Origin: a virus
Virus record (IMG/VR): IMGVR_UViG_3300040801_004793
Span: 32,001-96,000 of that record
Length of the DNA stretch: 64,000 nucleotides
Strand: one strand, 5' to 3'
Below are positions 18,741 to 28,559 of the stretch, piece by piece. The translations under genes were made by a program, and so were the position numbers. Numbering within the stretch: position 1 is the first letter of the stretch; each line of letters starts with the position of its first letter. The notes beneath the pieces are model-generated. The model made no database searches, was not told the DNA's origin, and saw only the letters and a program-made list of their open reading frames with translations.

Positions 18741-18749
18741 TGTTACTAT
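18741..18749 (+). promoter_or_regulatory. Extended -10 promoter
   Basis: TG-T-TACTAT, 30 nt upstream of ATG 18779. Confidence 0.45.
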
Positions 18750-18778
18750 AGGGTGAAATTTAAACTACTTTTTCTAAA

Positions 18779-19024
18779 ATGCACAGAATCCTCTTTACAT
18801 ATCCGAGTCAACCTGGTAGGATAGCTTTAGCTAATGTATCCTACCAACACCCTAATAAAGCCATCTGGTCTTTTCAAAAACCGCTTACACCACAACAGCT
18901 AGAAAAAATCTATAAGCTAGCTAGGTCTATGTCTCCAATGCCCATAAAACCTTTGCTAGTGGAGCATCAAATATATCAAAATAATTGTTGGCATACAATC
19001 CTTACCACAAAAATAACAAGATGA
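18779..19024 (+). CDS. Hypothetical protein
   Basis: ORF with ATGA overlap to nrdJ. Confidence 0.6.
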   Translation: MHRILFTYPSQPGRIALANVSYQHPNKAIWSFQKPLTPQQLEKIYKLARSMSPMPIKPLLVEHQIYQNNCWHTILTTKITR

Positions 19025-21651
19025 AACTGAAAACAACTTTTATTCCATCCGAGAAAATTAAAAACTTTGATAAAAAAGGAGAAAAAGATACTCCTTTTGG
19101 CCCTGTAGGACAGCTTGTTGATATTCGAACTTATCGACGCTTTCTTCCTGAGAAACTTAGAAGAGAGACTCTTGGTGAGAGAAACGCTAGAGTTGTTGAC
19201 TACAATATTCAATTAGGTTTGCCTTTTGATAATGTTAGTGATTTATTAAACGATGCTAATCACTTTTACGACTCTTTAGGCACTTTAAAGTATTGGCCCA
19301 GCGGTAGAACAGCCTGGGTAGGAGGCACAAAAACTACAGAACTACATCCCGCAGCAAACTTTAATTGCAGTTTTCTGGCAATTAATAGACTAGAGGCTTT
19401 CATAGATTTAGCCGAGTTACTGATGCTAGGCACGGGAGTGGGATTTCGACTTCATTCCAGAGATTTAGAAAAATTGCCGGATATTAAAAACATTCCATCG
19501 GTACATTTTTCTGAGTATAAGTATATTAAAAATAAAAGCTTCAAAGATACTCAGATTGCTCTAGTACCTTACAATTTAAACCAGGATGCTTTAATTATTG
19601 ATGTTGGTGATAGTAGAAAGGGTTGGCTAGATTCTATTAGAGTGTTGTTAGCTCTAATTTTTCAGAGCGATGAAAGTTTTCCGCATCTAAATCTTTATGA
19701 TGATGCTAAAGAATTTATTCTCTCAAATAAAGAAAATAAAATAGTAGAATTTAACTTTAATTATGTGAGACCAAAGGGCTCTAGAATTAAAGGTTTTGGA
19801 GGAACGGCCTCTGGCCCTCAAGCTCTAAAAGAAATTCTGAGAGATATTTTACAAATTTTAAAAGATAGATTTGATACCGGAACTACAAGAGTTTTATCTA
19901 TTGATGCAATGGATATCGCTTGTGCCTCTGCAAGAGGTATTATTGCCGGAAGTAGCAGTAGATCGGCTCTTATTCCCTTATTTGAACAGGGAGATCTCCT
20001 ATGTAGAAATTCTAAAAAGGGCTTATATACGAATCCAGAGATGGCTTCTAAGTCCTATCGAGCTCAGTCAAATATTACAGAGAACATCGGAGCTGACCCC
20101 GAGAGTCTAGAGAAAATCAGGCAATTTGCAATTAATAACCCTACACTATCTATCCAGGATTTAAAAGTAAGAGAATTTATCAAAACTTTTAGACCGGATA
20201 AAATCGAACTTACTCGCATGTTCGAAACCGTTAGATCAGAGGGGGAGCCTGGGTTTGATAATTGGGCTAGAATGTGTCTTATTCGGTTCTATGCTGCCAT
20301 CCGCAAAAGACCTCAATACACACCAGAACAAATCTGGGAGTATTACTGTGATATCGGTACTAACCCATGCCACGAAATTATTCTTAGTGCGGGATTTCAG
20401 ACTAAAGATCAAGTTAGCTTCTGTAATCTTACGACGATTGCAGTTACGAACCATATTGTTTACATTAATGGTGTTCCAGAGTTAGATGTAGAAAGTCTAA
20501 AAGAAGCTTTTGAGAGAACCGTAAGAATTGCTATTCGACAAACTTGTGTCGATATGCCCTACCCTCACATGGACGAGTGCCAAAAAGAAGAGAGGCTCTT
20601 AGGTGTTTCTTCTACGGGTTGGAGAGATCTTATGGATATTCTAGGCTGGGAAACCAACGGTTCTAAAATTAAAGACCTTCTTCAGAATTGTAAAAAGTGG
20701 GCTAACGAGGAATCGGAAAGGTATAGTAAAAAGCTTGGTATTCCTACTCCTCTACTAGTTACTACTATTAAACCTGAGGGTACGGCTAGTCAGATAATGG
20801 GTACTAGTAGTGGATTGCATTGGGATTGGGCTCCCTACTATTTAAGAAGAATTAGAATGTCTTCTTCGGACGCTCTCGCAAAAACGCTAATTAAGCAAGG
20901 GTTTAATTGGTACCCAGAAATCTATGACCTTGAGACCTGGTACCATACGTATGCAAGATCCCTTTCTACGTATCTAACAGAAATTGGAAAGCATAAACAA
21001 AAGCCCGTTGTCCGAAGTTCCAATGTTCTTCTTGCTTGGTTACAATCCCTGGCATCAATCTTTAGTAGAAAAGACAATTCTTTAGACTCTTTTTATGACT
21101 ACACTACTTTAGAAAAAGAGTGGAGTCGTTTGGATGTAGAGTCTAAACTAAAGGTCTTTTCTAATTTACTTTCGTACGAGAAAGAAGAAATTTTGGATTC
21201 TATTCAATCAGTTGTTTTAGAGTTTCCTGTAAAATCTCCTGCTAAAATTTGCCAGAGCGAAGTTACTGCTCTTGAGCAATTAGAAAATATGCGGAATTTT
21301 ACTCTCTATTACTGTGACCATATGCCTTCTAGTACTATTACGGTAAAAGACGACGAATGGGAGCAAGTGATAGATTGGGTCTATGATAACTGGGATACCT
21401 TTACAACAGCGGCCTTTCTGCCTTACTTTGGAGGTAATTATCCGCTTCTTCCTTTCCAAACGATTGACGAAGAAGATTATAAAAATGCTATTGCTTGTAT
21501 TCCAGACATTTATAAACAGCAGAGAGAGGATGGAAGATGTACCTTTTTAGTAGATCAATTAACTCTGATGGATGAAGAAATTAAATTAGAAGATCCCGAT
21601 GATGTGGATGTTTCTCCGACTTGTTCTACGGGAACTTGTCCTGTAAGATAA
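19021..21651 (+). CDS. nrdJ: Class II (AdoCbl-dependent) ribonucleotide reductase, monomeric RTPR type
   Basis: RTY.R, PSGR..W.GG, NFNC, LM.G.GVG, GTNPCHEI, FCNL, TTIKPEGT, C-terminal CSTGTCPVR; no beta-subunit gene nearby. Confidence 0.93.
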   Translation: MKLKTTFIPSEKIKNFDKKGEKDTPFGPVGQLVDIRTYRRFLPEKLRRETLGERNARVVDYNIQLGLPFDNVSDLLNDANHFYDSLGTLKYWPSGRTAWVGGTKTTELHPAANFNCSFLAINRLEAFIDLAELLMLGTGVGFRLHSRDLEKLPDIKNIPSVHFSEYKYIKNKSFKDTQIALVPYNLNQDALIIDVGDSRKGWLDSIRVLLALIFQSDESFPHLNLYDDAKEFILSNKENKIVEFNFNYVRPKGSRIKGFGGTASGPQALKEILRDILQILKDRFDTGTTRVLSIDAMDIACASARGIIAGSSSRSALIPLFEQGDLLCRNSKKGLYTNPEMASKSYRAQSNITENIGADPESLEKIRQFAINNPTLSIQDLKVREFIKTFRPDKIELTRMFETVRSEGEPGFDNWARMCLIRFYAAIRKRPQYTPEQIWEYYCDIGTNPCHEIILSAGFQTKDQVSFCNLTTIAVTNHIVYINGVPELDVESLKEAFERTVRIAIRQTCVDMPYPHMDECQKEERLLGVSSTGWRDLMDILGWETNGSKIKDLLQNCKKWANEESERYSKKLGIPTPLLVTTIKPEGTASQIMGTSSGLHWDWAPYYLRRIRMSSSDALAKTLIKQGFNWYPEIYDLETWYHTYARSLSTYLTEIGKHKQKPVVRSSNVLLAWLQSLASIFSRKDNSLDSFYDYTTLEKEWSRLDVESKLKVFSNLLSYEKEEILDSIQSVVLEFPVKSPAKICQSEVTALEQLENMRNFTLYYCDHMPSSTITVKDDEWEQVIDWVYDNWDTFTTAAFLPYFGGNYPLLPFQTIDEEDYKNAIACIPDIYKQQREDGRCTFLVDQLTLMDEEIKLEDPDDVDVSPTCSTGTCPVR

Positions 21652-21698
21652 GAATTTCTATCTAGGGGAAAAACGTTAATCTAATTACTATCGACTAT

Positions 21699-22013
21699 AT
21701 GTTAGACCAAATTAACTCTATCAACGACATCCTTGGTACTCAAGGTCTTTTCCTTAGCGAGATTGTAGTACTAATTATTTGTGGCACGTTAGTTTACCAG
21801 CTTAATAAGCTAGCTTCTATTGTTCGTCCGGGTTTATCTAGAACTCTTAAAAATCTAGCTGATGCTAGAGAAAAGGAGGTTGTTGTAATTTTAGAATTTC
21901 TGCTTCGAAAAATTGTCGAAGGAGAAAATTTTAAGTCCCAGGACTTTCTTAGGTATGTAGAACAAAAAGTTCATTCCTACTTGAGTGACAAAGAAGATAG
22001 GGAAGCTAAATAA
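21699..22013 (+). CDS. Membrane protein
   Basis: Hydrophobic segment LFLSEIVVLIICGTLVY. Confidence 0.6.
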   Translation: MLDQINSINDILGTQGLFLSEIVVLIICGTLVYQLNKLASIVRPGLSRTLKNLADAREKEVVVILEFLLRKIVEGENFKSQDFLRYVEQKVHSYLSDKEDREAK

Positions 22014-22035
22014 AATAGCCGAGTAGCCGTTTTTT

Positions 22036-22064
22036 AAGAGGGGGAATACTACTCCCCCTCTTTC
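22036..22064 (+). terminator. Terminator
   Basis: AAGAGGGGGA-7nt-TCCCCCTCTT. Confidence 0.65.
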
Positions 22065-22074
22065 TAAGGGCAGA

Positions 22075-22083
22075 TGTTACAAT
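22075..22083 (+). promoter_or_regulatory. Extended -10 promoter (near-leaderless) for the GGDEF-EAL gene
   Basis: TG-T-TACAAT, 6 nt before ATG 22090. Confidence 0.5.
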
Positions 22084-22089
22084 GTGTAA

Positions 22090-24057
22090 ATGAATTTTAA
22101 AGACTACTTTCATGAATCTATAGGCCTTGCTGTATGTAACTCTTCTTTTGAGTACTTGTGGCACTCTGCTTCGTGGCCTCAATTATTTGGTAAAAAAGAA
22201 AAATCCTACATAGGAGAATCTCATTTTAAATTTTTAGAAACCGTTCCTTATGCTTGGGAAAAAGATTACAATCAAGTATTGAGTACTTCTGGTTATTCCG
22301 TAACTTATAAACCTGAATGGTTTAATAACCAGGCTCTTCTTCATTCTGTTTCAGTGTTAGAAAATAATCTAATTCTGATTCTTTGCTTAAACGTTTCAGA
22401 AGTTACAAGGTTTAAAGAATCTCTCTATAAATTTCAAGATTGCAGTATGACAGGTAAAGCAATCTTTAGAAAAGAAGGAGAAAATTTTAGAATAGTCTAC
22501 TGGAATAAATATGCCGCTACTAAAAATCCGGGAATAAATCTTGAAGGCTCTATCTTATCTAATACTTTTTTTTCGAATGCTAGGTTAGAGTTGGAAGAAG
22601 AAAAAACTTTTATAGATTTTTGTTTCGAAGTTTTAGAAACTCAAACTTCTGATCTTACAGAAATAAAGTTAGAGGCCTTAGAAAAGTATTATCTTATTAC
22701 GCTCTTTCCCATAAGTGAAACAGAATTGGGTTGTGAATGGTTCGATATAAGTTCTAAAATTGAATTTTTTCAAAAAACACAATTTGAATTAATACATGAT
22801 AACTTAACAGGCCTATTTAATAGAAAACTTTTAGGCAGTCAATCAATAGAGTTTGACTACATTCTCTTTTTAGACTTAGATAATTTTAAAAGTGTCAATG
22901 ATTTTTATACCCACTCTGTTGGAGATAAACTTTTACAAATAGTAGCTCAGAGAATTTCTCAAGTTGCTAAAAACCAAGTTGCAGTTAGAGTTTCTGGTGA
23001 TGAGTTTTTCATTCTAGTAAAGGGTAAAACCGAGAAAGAGGTTTTTGAGCTTGCTGTTGAAATCTGTAGTGTCCTAAAACAACCTTATCTAATTCAAAGC
23101 TTTATTATTAAAAATGTGTCTTGTTCTTGTGGTATAGCTAAGTTTTCAAAGGATGTAGATACTACGGTAAGAAAAGCGGATCTTGCTATGTACCAAAGTA
23201 AGGCTTTAGGTAAGTCTGACAAAGAGGCTTCTGGTATTCCTATTTGGTACGAAGAGAGTATGGGAGACTCCCATACTAGACAACATAAACTTTTAAAACT
23301 TCTTTATCAAGCAATTCAAAAAAATGCTTTTGATATAGTTTTACAACCTTTTGTAAATCTTCAAGAATTAAACGAAGAAAATCCTAAAAAAACACCGAAG
23401 GTAGGATACGAAGTTTTAGTTCGTTGGAATACTCCTTCTGGACCTATTCCTCCGTCTGAGTTTATTCCTATAGCTGAAGATCACGGCTATATTACAGCAA
23501 TCACTCTGTTAGTGTTATCTCAAGCCTGTAAAGCCTGTAAAGAAATAAATAGAGTCTCTAAATACCCTCTTTATCTATCTGTAAACGTATCAGGTCAAGA
23601 CTTGTCTAATAAAAGACTCAAAGATAGCATTGATATGTTGCTAGAAGAGTCGGGATTAGACTATAATCTAATTAAGTTTGAGATTACTGAGTCTGTTATT
23701 CCTTCCATACAAGAGGCAGAAAATACAGTTCAGTATTTAAATTCAGAGGGTCTCAAAAGTTTGTTAGATGATTTTGGAACTAAGGGAAGCTCTCTAACTC
23801 TTATGTTTAGTCTTTCTGTAGAAGGAATCAAAATTGATAGAGATTTCATTATTAACTGGACTGATTCCGTACAACATATTATTGGGCTAGGACACAGTAA
23901 AGGACTGTCTGTTGTTTGTGAAGGAGTAGAGAGTTTAGAAATTGCACAAAAGTTAAAACGCGCCAAAGCCGATATTGGACAAGGCTTTTTATTCGGAATG
24001 CCTTTATCTCTGGAAGATACTATTGAGGAATTACTCGAAAATGAAGAAAACAATTAA
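22090..24057 (+). CDS. PAS-like + GGDEF + EAL diguanylate cyclase/phosphodiesterase
   Basis: HDNLTGLFNR, DLDNFKSVND..H..GD, SGDEF, ADLAMY; EVLVRW, P.EFIPIAE, SVNVS, EITES, DDFG, KIDR, EGVE, QGF. Confidence 0.95.
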   Translation: MNFKDYFHESIGLAVCNSSFEYLWHSASWPQLFGKKEKSYIGESHFKFLETVPYAWEKDYNQVLSTSGYSVTYKPEWFNNQALLHSVSVLENNLILILCLNVSEVTRFKESLYKFQDCSMTGKAIFRKEGENFRIVYWNKYAATKNPGINLEGSILSNTFFSNARLELEEEKTFIDFCFEVLETQTSDLTEIKLEALEKYYLITLFPISETELGCEWFDISSKIEFFQKTQFELIHDNLTGLFNRKLLGSQSIEFDYILFLDLDNFKSVNDFYTHSVGDKLLQIVAQRISQVAKNQVAVRVSGDEFFILVKGKTEKEVFELAVEICSVLKQPYLIQSFIIKNVSCSCGIAKFSKDVDTTVRKADLAMYQSKALGKSDKEASGIPIWYEESMGDSHTRQHKLLKLLYQAIQKNAFDIVLQPFVNLQELNEENPKKTPKVGYEVLVRWNTPSGPIPPSEFIPIAEDHGYITAITLLVLSQACKACKEINRVSKYPLYLSVNVSGQDLSNKRLKDSIDMLLEESGLDYNLIKFEITESVIPSIQEAENTVQYLNSEGLKSLLDDFGTKGSSLTLMFSLSVEGIKIDRDFIINWTDSVQHIIGLGHSKGLSVVCEGVESLEIAQKLKRAKADIGQGFLFGMPLSLEDTIEELLENEENN

Positions 24058-24214
24058 CATTTTACTCCTGACTTTGATAGGTCTTATTTTACTTTCTTGT
24101 AATTCTAGTCCTACAAATGAAGTACCTACGGTAGAAGAAACTAAATCTGCCTTAAATAAAGCAGAGATTATTACTTTCGAATTGCCCTCTACAACAAAAG
24201 AAACAAATGAGTGA
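24041..24214 (+). CDS. Small lipoprotein
   Basis: MKKTINILLLTLIGLILLS-C signal peptide with lipobox. Confidence 0.7.
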   Translation: MKKTINILLLTLIGLILLSCNSSPTNEVPTVEETKSALNKAEIITFELPSTTKETNE

Positions 24215-24497
24215 GTCCCAGAATCAGAACTTTGCAGCAGTAGTACACTTGGACAAAATCGGCCAGGTTGTAGTTTGGTGTGACGAGGTAGACGAGCCCG
24301 AAGGTTCTAAACCTGTAATGGTATTTATGTTTAGTCCAAAGGGTCTAGGTGTTTGCACTTTAAAACAAACTCTGATTGATACCGATGAGGCCTGGGAAGA
24401 GGCGAATATGCTTATTCAGGAGAACTCAGAAAAGTTAAAAAGAATGGCAGAAAATTTAATACTCAAAACAACTATAGGAAATTTTTTAAATGTTTAA
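24207..24497 (+). CDS. Hypothetical protein
   Basis: ORF in overlapping operon. Confidence 0.65.
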   Translation: MSESQNQNFAAVVHLDKIGQVVVWCDEVDEPEGSKPVMVFMFSPKGLGVCTLKQTLIDTDEAWEEANMLIQENSEKLKRMAENLILKTTIGNFLNV

Positions 24498-24663
24498 TAT
24501 ATTTAGATGGTTACTTAGTTCCAATTCTTTAGAGGAGACAACAACCCTACAACAACTAACTGAAACTTTACAGGGTGTAGAGCTTGACGGGGAAAAGAAA
24601 GATGCTGTATTATTGGAAGAAGAAGAGTCCTCGTGGTGGATTCCTGAAAATACAGCAGATTAA
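24490..24663 (+). CDS. Hypothetical acidic 57-aa protein, not in the ORF track
   Basis: MFNIFRWLLSSNSLEETTT...WWIPENTAD*; fills the gap before the MTase. Confidence 0.6.
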   Translation: MFNIFRWLLSSNSLEETTTLQQLTETLQGVELDGEKKDAVLLEEEESSWWIPENTAD

Positions 24664-24671
24664 AATTAAAA

Positions 24672-25478
24672 ATGCTCCGAGAAAATGAATTACCTCTTAA
24701 GTATCCCGGATCAAAGAGGTGGCTTTTTAAATACCTTAAAAAATTAAACTTAGACTTAGACGTTGGGTGGGTATCGCCATTCTGCGGTTCCTGTGCTCTA
24801 GAGTTTTTATTCGGTGTAGAAAAAGCCACTCTCTCTGATATCAACAGTCATCTTATAAAATGTCTTCTCTGGCTAAAGTCTGGTCAGGGTTTAACCTATC
24901 CATATCAACCTTCCCGAGAAGAGTTTTATAAACTGAGGTCTTTTTTTAATCAAATTAGAGATACCGAAGACGAAAGAATAGGCCAACTTTTTTGGCTTGT
25001 CCTTTATTCTGCCCACAGAGGCTCTTGTAGAACAAATCTCAAGGGGGAGATTAATAGTTCTTGGGGAGAGTATAAAGGCCTTCCTTCTAAACCTTTCGAT
25101 AAGTACCCCGCTATAATGGAAAAGTGGAGTATTTCTTGTTCCCCCTATGAAACAGCTCTAGCCAACTGCAATAAAGATTCTATTCTTCTTTTAGACCCAC
25201 CGTATTTAAATACAGGTAAAGTTTATGGTCGCCCCTCTTTTAATCTATCTCAAACAGAAAATCTATTAAAACTGACCTTAGATCATCAAGGTCCAATTAT
25301 TGCAACTAATTCATACTGGTCAGAGGGTCTTGAACTCTATGCCGATTTTGGCTATACTATAATGAAAGCGGAGTCCAACCAGAGCTTTCATCACGGAAAA
25401 AATAAAGAAGGTAAAGCTTCAGAGCTTTTAGCCTTTAAAAATGTAAACCTGCCATCACAATTATTAGATAATGTCTAG
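24672..25478 (+). CDS. dam: Dam-like (D12 class) N6-adenine DNA methyltransferase
   Basis: PLKYPGSK, PFCGS, SDIN, DPPY; target sequence not determinable here. Confidence 0.85.
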   Translation: MLRENELPLKYPGSKRWLFKYLKKLNLDLDVGWVSPFCGSCALEFLFGVEKATLSDINSHLIKCLLWLKSGQGLTYPYQPSREEFYKLRSFFNQIRDTEDERIGQLFWLVLYSAHRGSCRTNLKGEINSSWGEYKGLPSKPFDKYPAIMEKWSISCSPYETALANCNKDSILLLDPPYLNTGKVYGRPSFNLSQTENLLKLTLDHQGPIIATNSYWSEGLELYADFGYTIMKAESNQSFHHGKNKEGKASELLAFKNVNLPSQLLDNV

Positions 25479-26121
25479 AATTTCTTCTTCGTACACTGAG
25501 GGTCTTTCCAACGGAGACCTGGGTTTTAGTAATCTTTTAGTGGGAGATACAATTTCTAAGGGCTCTCATTTTAGTTCGGTATATTCTTCTATTGAATGGC
25601 TTCAGCATCGCCTTCAAAATATATCTTATAATGAGCCCTCTTTTGTAGATAATTTTCCAAGAGATGCTGCTTTTATATCCTGGCTCTATGAAGCTCTGTA
25701 TAGTCTAAGTTCCTTTTGTTATCTAAAAGGAATAACTGACGTGAATTATGGACACGTTCCACCTCAAGAATCTATAGAATTTTTAAAAACCCGAATATCT
25801 GAACTAAAAGATTTAGAGGAAAACCTTACAGGAAAGAAGGCTGAATCTGATTTTGTAACTCTATCGGGATCTCTTAACACTATTCGTTTGTCAGTAAGAG
25901 ATGTGGAAAGACACTTTGTAGGCTGGTTTCACAACGAAAGAGTAATAACTCACGAGATTGCAAAGAATCCCGAAATATTAGAAGGTATCTATAGATACGA
26001 AACATTTCTAAATAGACTCAGTAGTTATTTCTACTGGCTATCCCGAGTTTACATTATTAAAAATACTGGCGTTCAGGCTCTTAAGCCTTGGAATGCTAAG
26101 ATCCCACCTTTTAACGTATAA
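25471..26121 (+). CDS. PduO-like ATP:cob(I)alamin adenosyltransferase
   Basis: GD.G.S.L..G..ISK N-terminal ATP motif, R..VR..ER, FLNRLS.YFY.L.R. Confidence 0.7.
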   Translation: MSRISSSYTEGLSNGDLGFSNLLVGDTISKGSHFSSVYSSIEWLQHRLQNISYNEPSFVDNFPRDAAFISWLYEALYSLSSFCYLKGITDVNYGHVPPQESIEFLKTRISELKDLEENLTGKKAESDFVTLSGSLNTIRLSVRDVERHFVGWFHNERVITHEIAKNPEILEGIYRYETFLNRLSSYFYWLSRVYIIKNTGVQALKPWNAKIPPFNV

Positions 26122-26129
26122 AAAATACT

Positions 26130-26711
26130 ATGCTTCCTAAAGAAATTCAGCAATTACTATCTATGCCCGGTACTGTAATCTCTTCCTCGTATCAACCTAT
26201 TGAAATTTACTTAGGCGGGCCTGTAATGTCTCTAATTGCAGAAACTCCTTCGTATGCTCTTCAGTGGAGACAAGTTTTCTTTCCTAAGATGTTGAATACT
26301 TTTTTAGAGGAAGAAAATATTATAGATCCCCCTCTTTTTAAATTTCATAATCCTTGCGAGGGAATGTCTACTAAGGAAAATAGTTTCTCCCTAAATGAGA
26401 GTAATTCTTTTCTCTACAATAGTAAATTTATTTTTGAAAAATGTATTTGGCAAATTGAAAGAAGTTCTATTCTTCTTTTTAATTTTCTAGAAGACGGGGG
26501 CTCTAGTTCTCTAGGTTCTATTTGGGAAGCTGGATTAGGGTACGGGACAGATAAAACAATTATCTATATAATTCCAGAAGAATCTGAGATGAGGTCACAT
26601 CCCATGATTGAACACTCAGCAGATTTTATCTGCCCCGATTTAAAAACAGCTTGTAGAGCTTTACTCTTTTCTGCCCTAAAGATACAAAACTCTAATGAAA
26701 GTTTTATCTAG
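26130..26711 (+). CDS. Nucleoside 2-deoxyribosyltransferase-like protein
   Basis: IYLGGP...W, NP, S.GS..E.G..Y...K. Confidence 0.72.
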   Translation: MLPKEIQQLLSMPGTVISSSYQPIEIYLGGPVMSLIAETPSYALQWRQVFFPKMLNTFLEEENIIDPPLFKFHNPCEGMSTKENSFSLNESNSFLYNSKFIFEKCIWQIERSSILLFNFLEDGGSSSLGSIWEAGLGYGTDKTIIYIIPEESEMRSHPMIEHSADFICPDLKTACRALLFSALKIQNSNESFI

Positions 26712-27789
26712 TGATCTAATTCCCGCTCTAAATACACTTGTTAGTTTTAGTAATACTAAAGATTATTTGTACTTTTTGTATGACTTAAATAATCCGGGTA
26801 CTTTACTTTTGGAGAAAAAAGATAGTTGGGAATTTCCCGGCCACTTTTGCTTTTATATTCCAGTAGAAGAGCGAGAGGGGGAAACTTTTTCAAGTTGTAA
26901 AATAACTTTTGAAAATATCAAACCGATATCTGCTCTTAAAGCTAGTGTGTTGGAAGAACACGTTTATCTATTCTCTCAAAATAACTCTGTTAGAGTGGAG
27001 TCTGCTGTAGTCTATAATATCCCTTCAGAGGCCGCCACAAGCCAACAGACAGCGCCTAGTGTAACCAGTAGCCCGGTAGTAAGTAACGACAAGATTACTG
27101 CTCTCAGTAAGCTTCTAGCCCGCTTTAAGAAAGATAATTTTAAAGGTTGTTTTACTGTTTTACCAAACAGAATATACTGTCCGGGCACCTATCACCTATC
27201 TATTATTGAAGTAGAGGGTCTTTCTAGTACATGGGACGGAGCGTATTCTTGTAATACTACCCAATTTAATAAACTAACTAAGTTGGGTTTTGATCTTTCT
27301 TTTGGAAGTTCTGGTTGTATTTTAGGAGTTCAAGGGGAAACTATTAGGTATGTAATTTCATTACCATCTGTGTCCTCTTCTGTCTTAAATTCTATAGATT
27401 TTATAGATAGCGAAAGAAAACTCAGAGTTTTACATGAAGATAATACGCCTCCTTTAAAGATACAAAACTGTAAAAGATTTACGTCTTTATTGAACTCGGC
27501 TTCTGCTGATACGAAGTATGATTTATGTCAAGTAGAAACAGACCCTAGTTTATCTAGAATAGCTATCAGCTTTTATCAGGGTAAGCAAAAAACAAATTCT
27601 TTTGTCTATGACGAAGTAGAAATCTCACCAAAATATATTTGTTGTTATTTACAAACCAAACAACTTATTGCAGTAAGTCAACTTTGTGAGAAAGGAGATT
27701 TAGTTCTTAAGATTGTTTCCTCTTTCGATCCCGTTGAAGCTCAGACTCTTTACGGCACGACTTATTTGATGCAAGGCCTAGTAAGATAG
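26695..27789 (+). CDS. Putative sliding clamp (DnaN-like), divergent
   Basis: 364 aa, MKV...DL..AL start, C-terminal YLM; based on size and pattern only. Confidence 0.4.
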   Translation: MKVLSSDLIPALNTLVSFSNTKDYLYFLYDLNNPGTLLLEKKDSWEFPGHFCFYIPVEEREGETFSSCKITFENIKPISALKASVLEEHVYLFSQNNSVRVESAVVYNIPSEAATSQQTAPSVTSSPVVSNDKITALSKLLARFKKDNFKGCFTVLPNRIYCPGTYHLSIIEVEGLSSTWDGAYSCNTTQFNKLTKLGFDLSFGSSGCILGVQGETIRYVISLPSVSSSVLNSIDFIDSERKLRVLHEDNTPPLKIQNCKRFTSLLNSASADTKYDLCQVETDPSLSRIAISFYQGKQKTNSFVYDEVEISPKYICCYLQTKQLIAVSQLCEKGDLVLKIVSSFDPVEAQTLYGTTYLMQGLVR

Positions 27790-27820
27790 AGTAGGTTACA
27801 ATATAGTCAGGATTTAAATC

Positions 27821-28306
27821 GTGACTATGAAAATACTAGGCTTTGATGTTGGCTCTAAAAATTTAGGATATTCTATTTGTGAGTTTGAGAAAGAAAGGTG
27901 TAGCTTACTTTTAGCAGGCACTCTTGTTATGACTCACCCTGAAATATCCCAAAGACTTGTAGTAGCAAACAATCTAATAAGTAATCTGATTAAAGACTAT
28001 TCTATAGAAGCTATAGGATATGAGGCTCCGTATATGAACAAAGGGGCTAACGCTATGGGTTTATACTTTGTAGCTGGTTTAATTAACCTTAAGGCAGGTC
28101 AATTTAATTTACCCGTAGTTCCTTTGAGTCCAGCCACCGTAAAAAAAGAAGTTACGGGAAGTGGAAAAGCTGAAAAAGTTCAAGTCGAGAAAAAAGTAAA
28201 AGAATTATTGCAGCCTTTTACTTCAGAAACTATCTCTTTCAATACAGATCACGAAAGTGATGCTGCTGCAATCTGTATAACTACCAGTAAAAAACTATTA
28301 AAATAA
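27821..28306 (+). CDS. ruvC: Holliday junction resolvase RuvC
   Basis: ILGFDVG..NLGY, E, P.TVKK.VTGSGKA.K, DHESDA.AI. Confidence 0.92.
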   Translation: MTMKILGFDVGSKNLGYSICEFEKERCSLLLAGTLVMTHPEISQRLVVANNLISNLIKDYSIEAIGYEAPYMNKGANAMGLYFVAGLINLKAGQFNLPVVPLSPATVKKEVTGSGKAEKVQVEKKVKELLQPFTSETISFNTDHESDAAAICITTSKKLLK

Positions 28307-28310
28307 ATCT

Positions 28311-28559
28311 ATGCCTATTCAATTTCTTATCAACCGCAGTTCTGGAGCTAAATTTAGAATTGAAGCAGTAAATAAAACTGCTTTGGATAAAGGTCTTATC
28401 CCGCCTTTTGTCATTGACGAGAAAGGTCTTATCCAGACTATTAAAAATAGTCAAAACTACCGCTTTGTTACTAAATTTACTTGGAGCTGGCCTACTCCTA
28501 AATTTGAAGTTATTTATAAACCGGGTTCTGAGGAAGAAGTAAACTTAGGAATTTTCTAA
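28311..28559 (+). CDS. Hypothetical protein
   Basis: ORF followed by a terminator. Confidence 0.6.
   Translation: MPIQFLINRSSGAKFRIEAVNKTALDKGLIPPFVIDEKGLIQTIKNSQNYRFVTKFTWSWPTPKFEVIYKPGSEEEVNLGIF

Noticed and set aside
20920-21205. Intein in NrdJ
   Set aside because: No C/S start, block B His or HN-C/S/T end.
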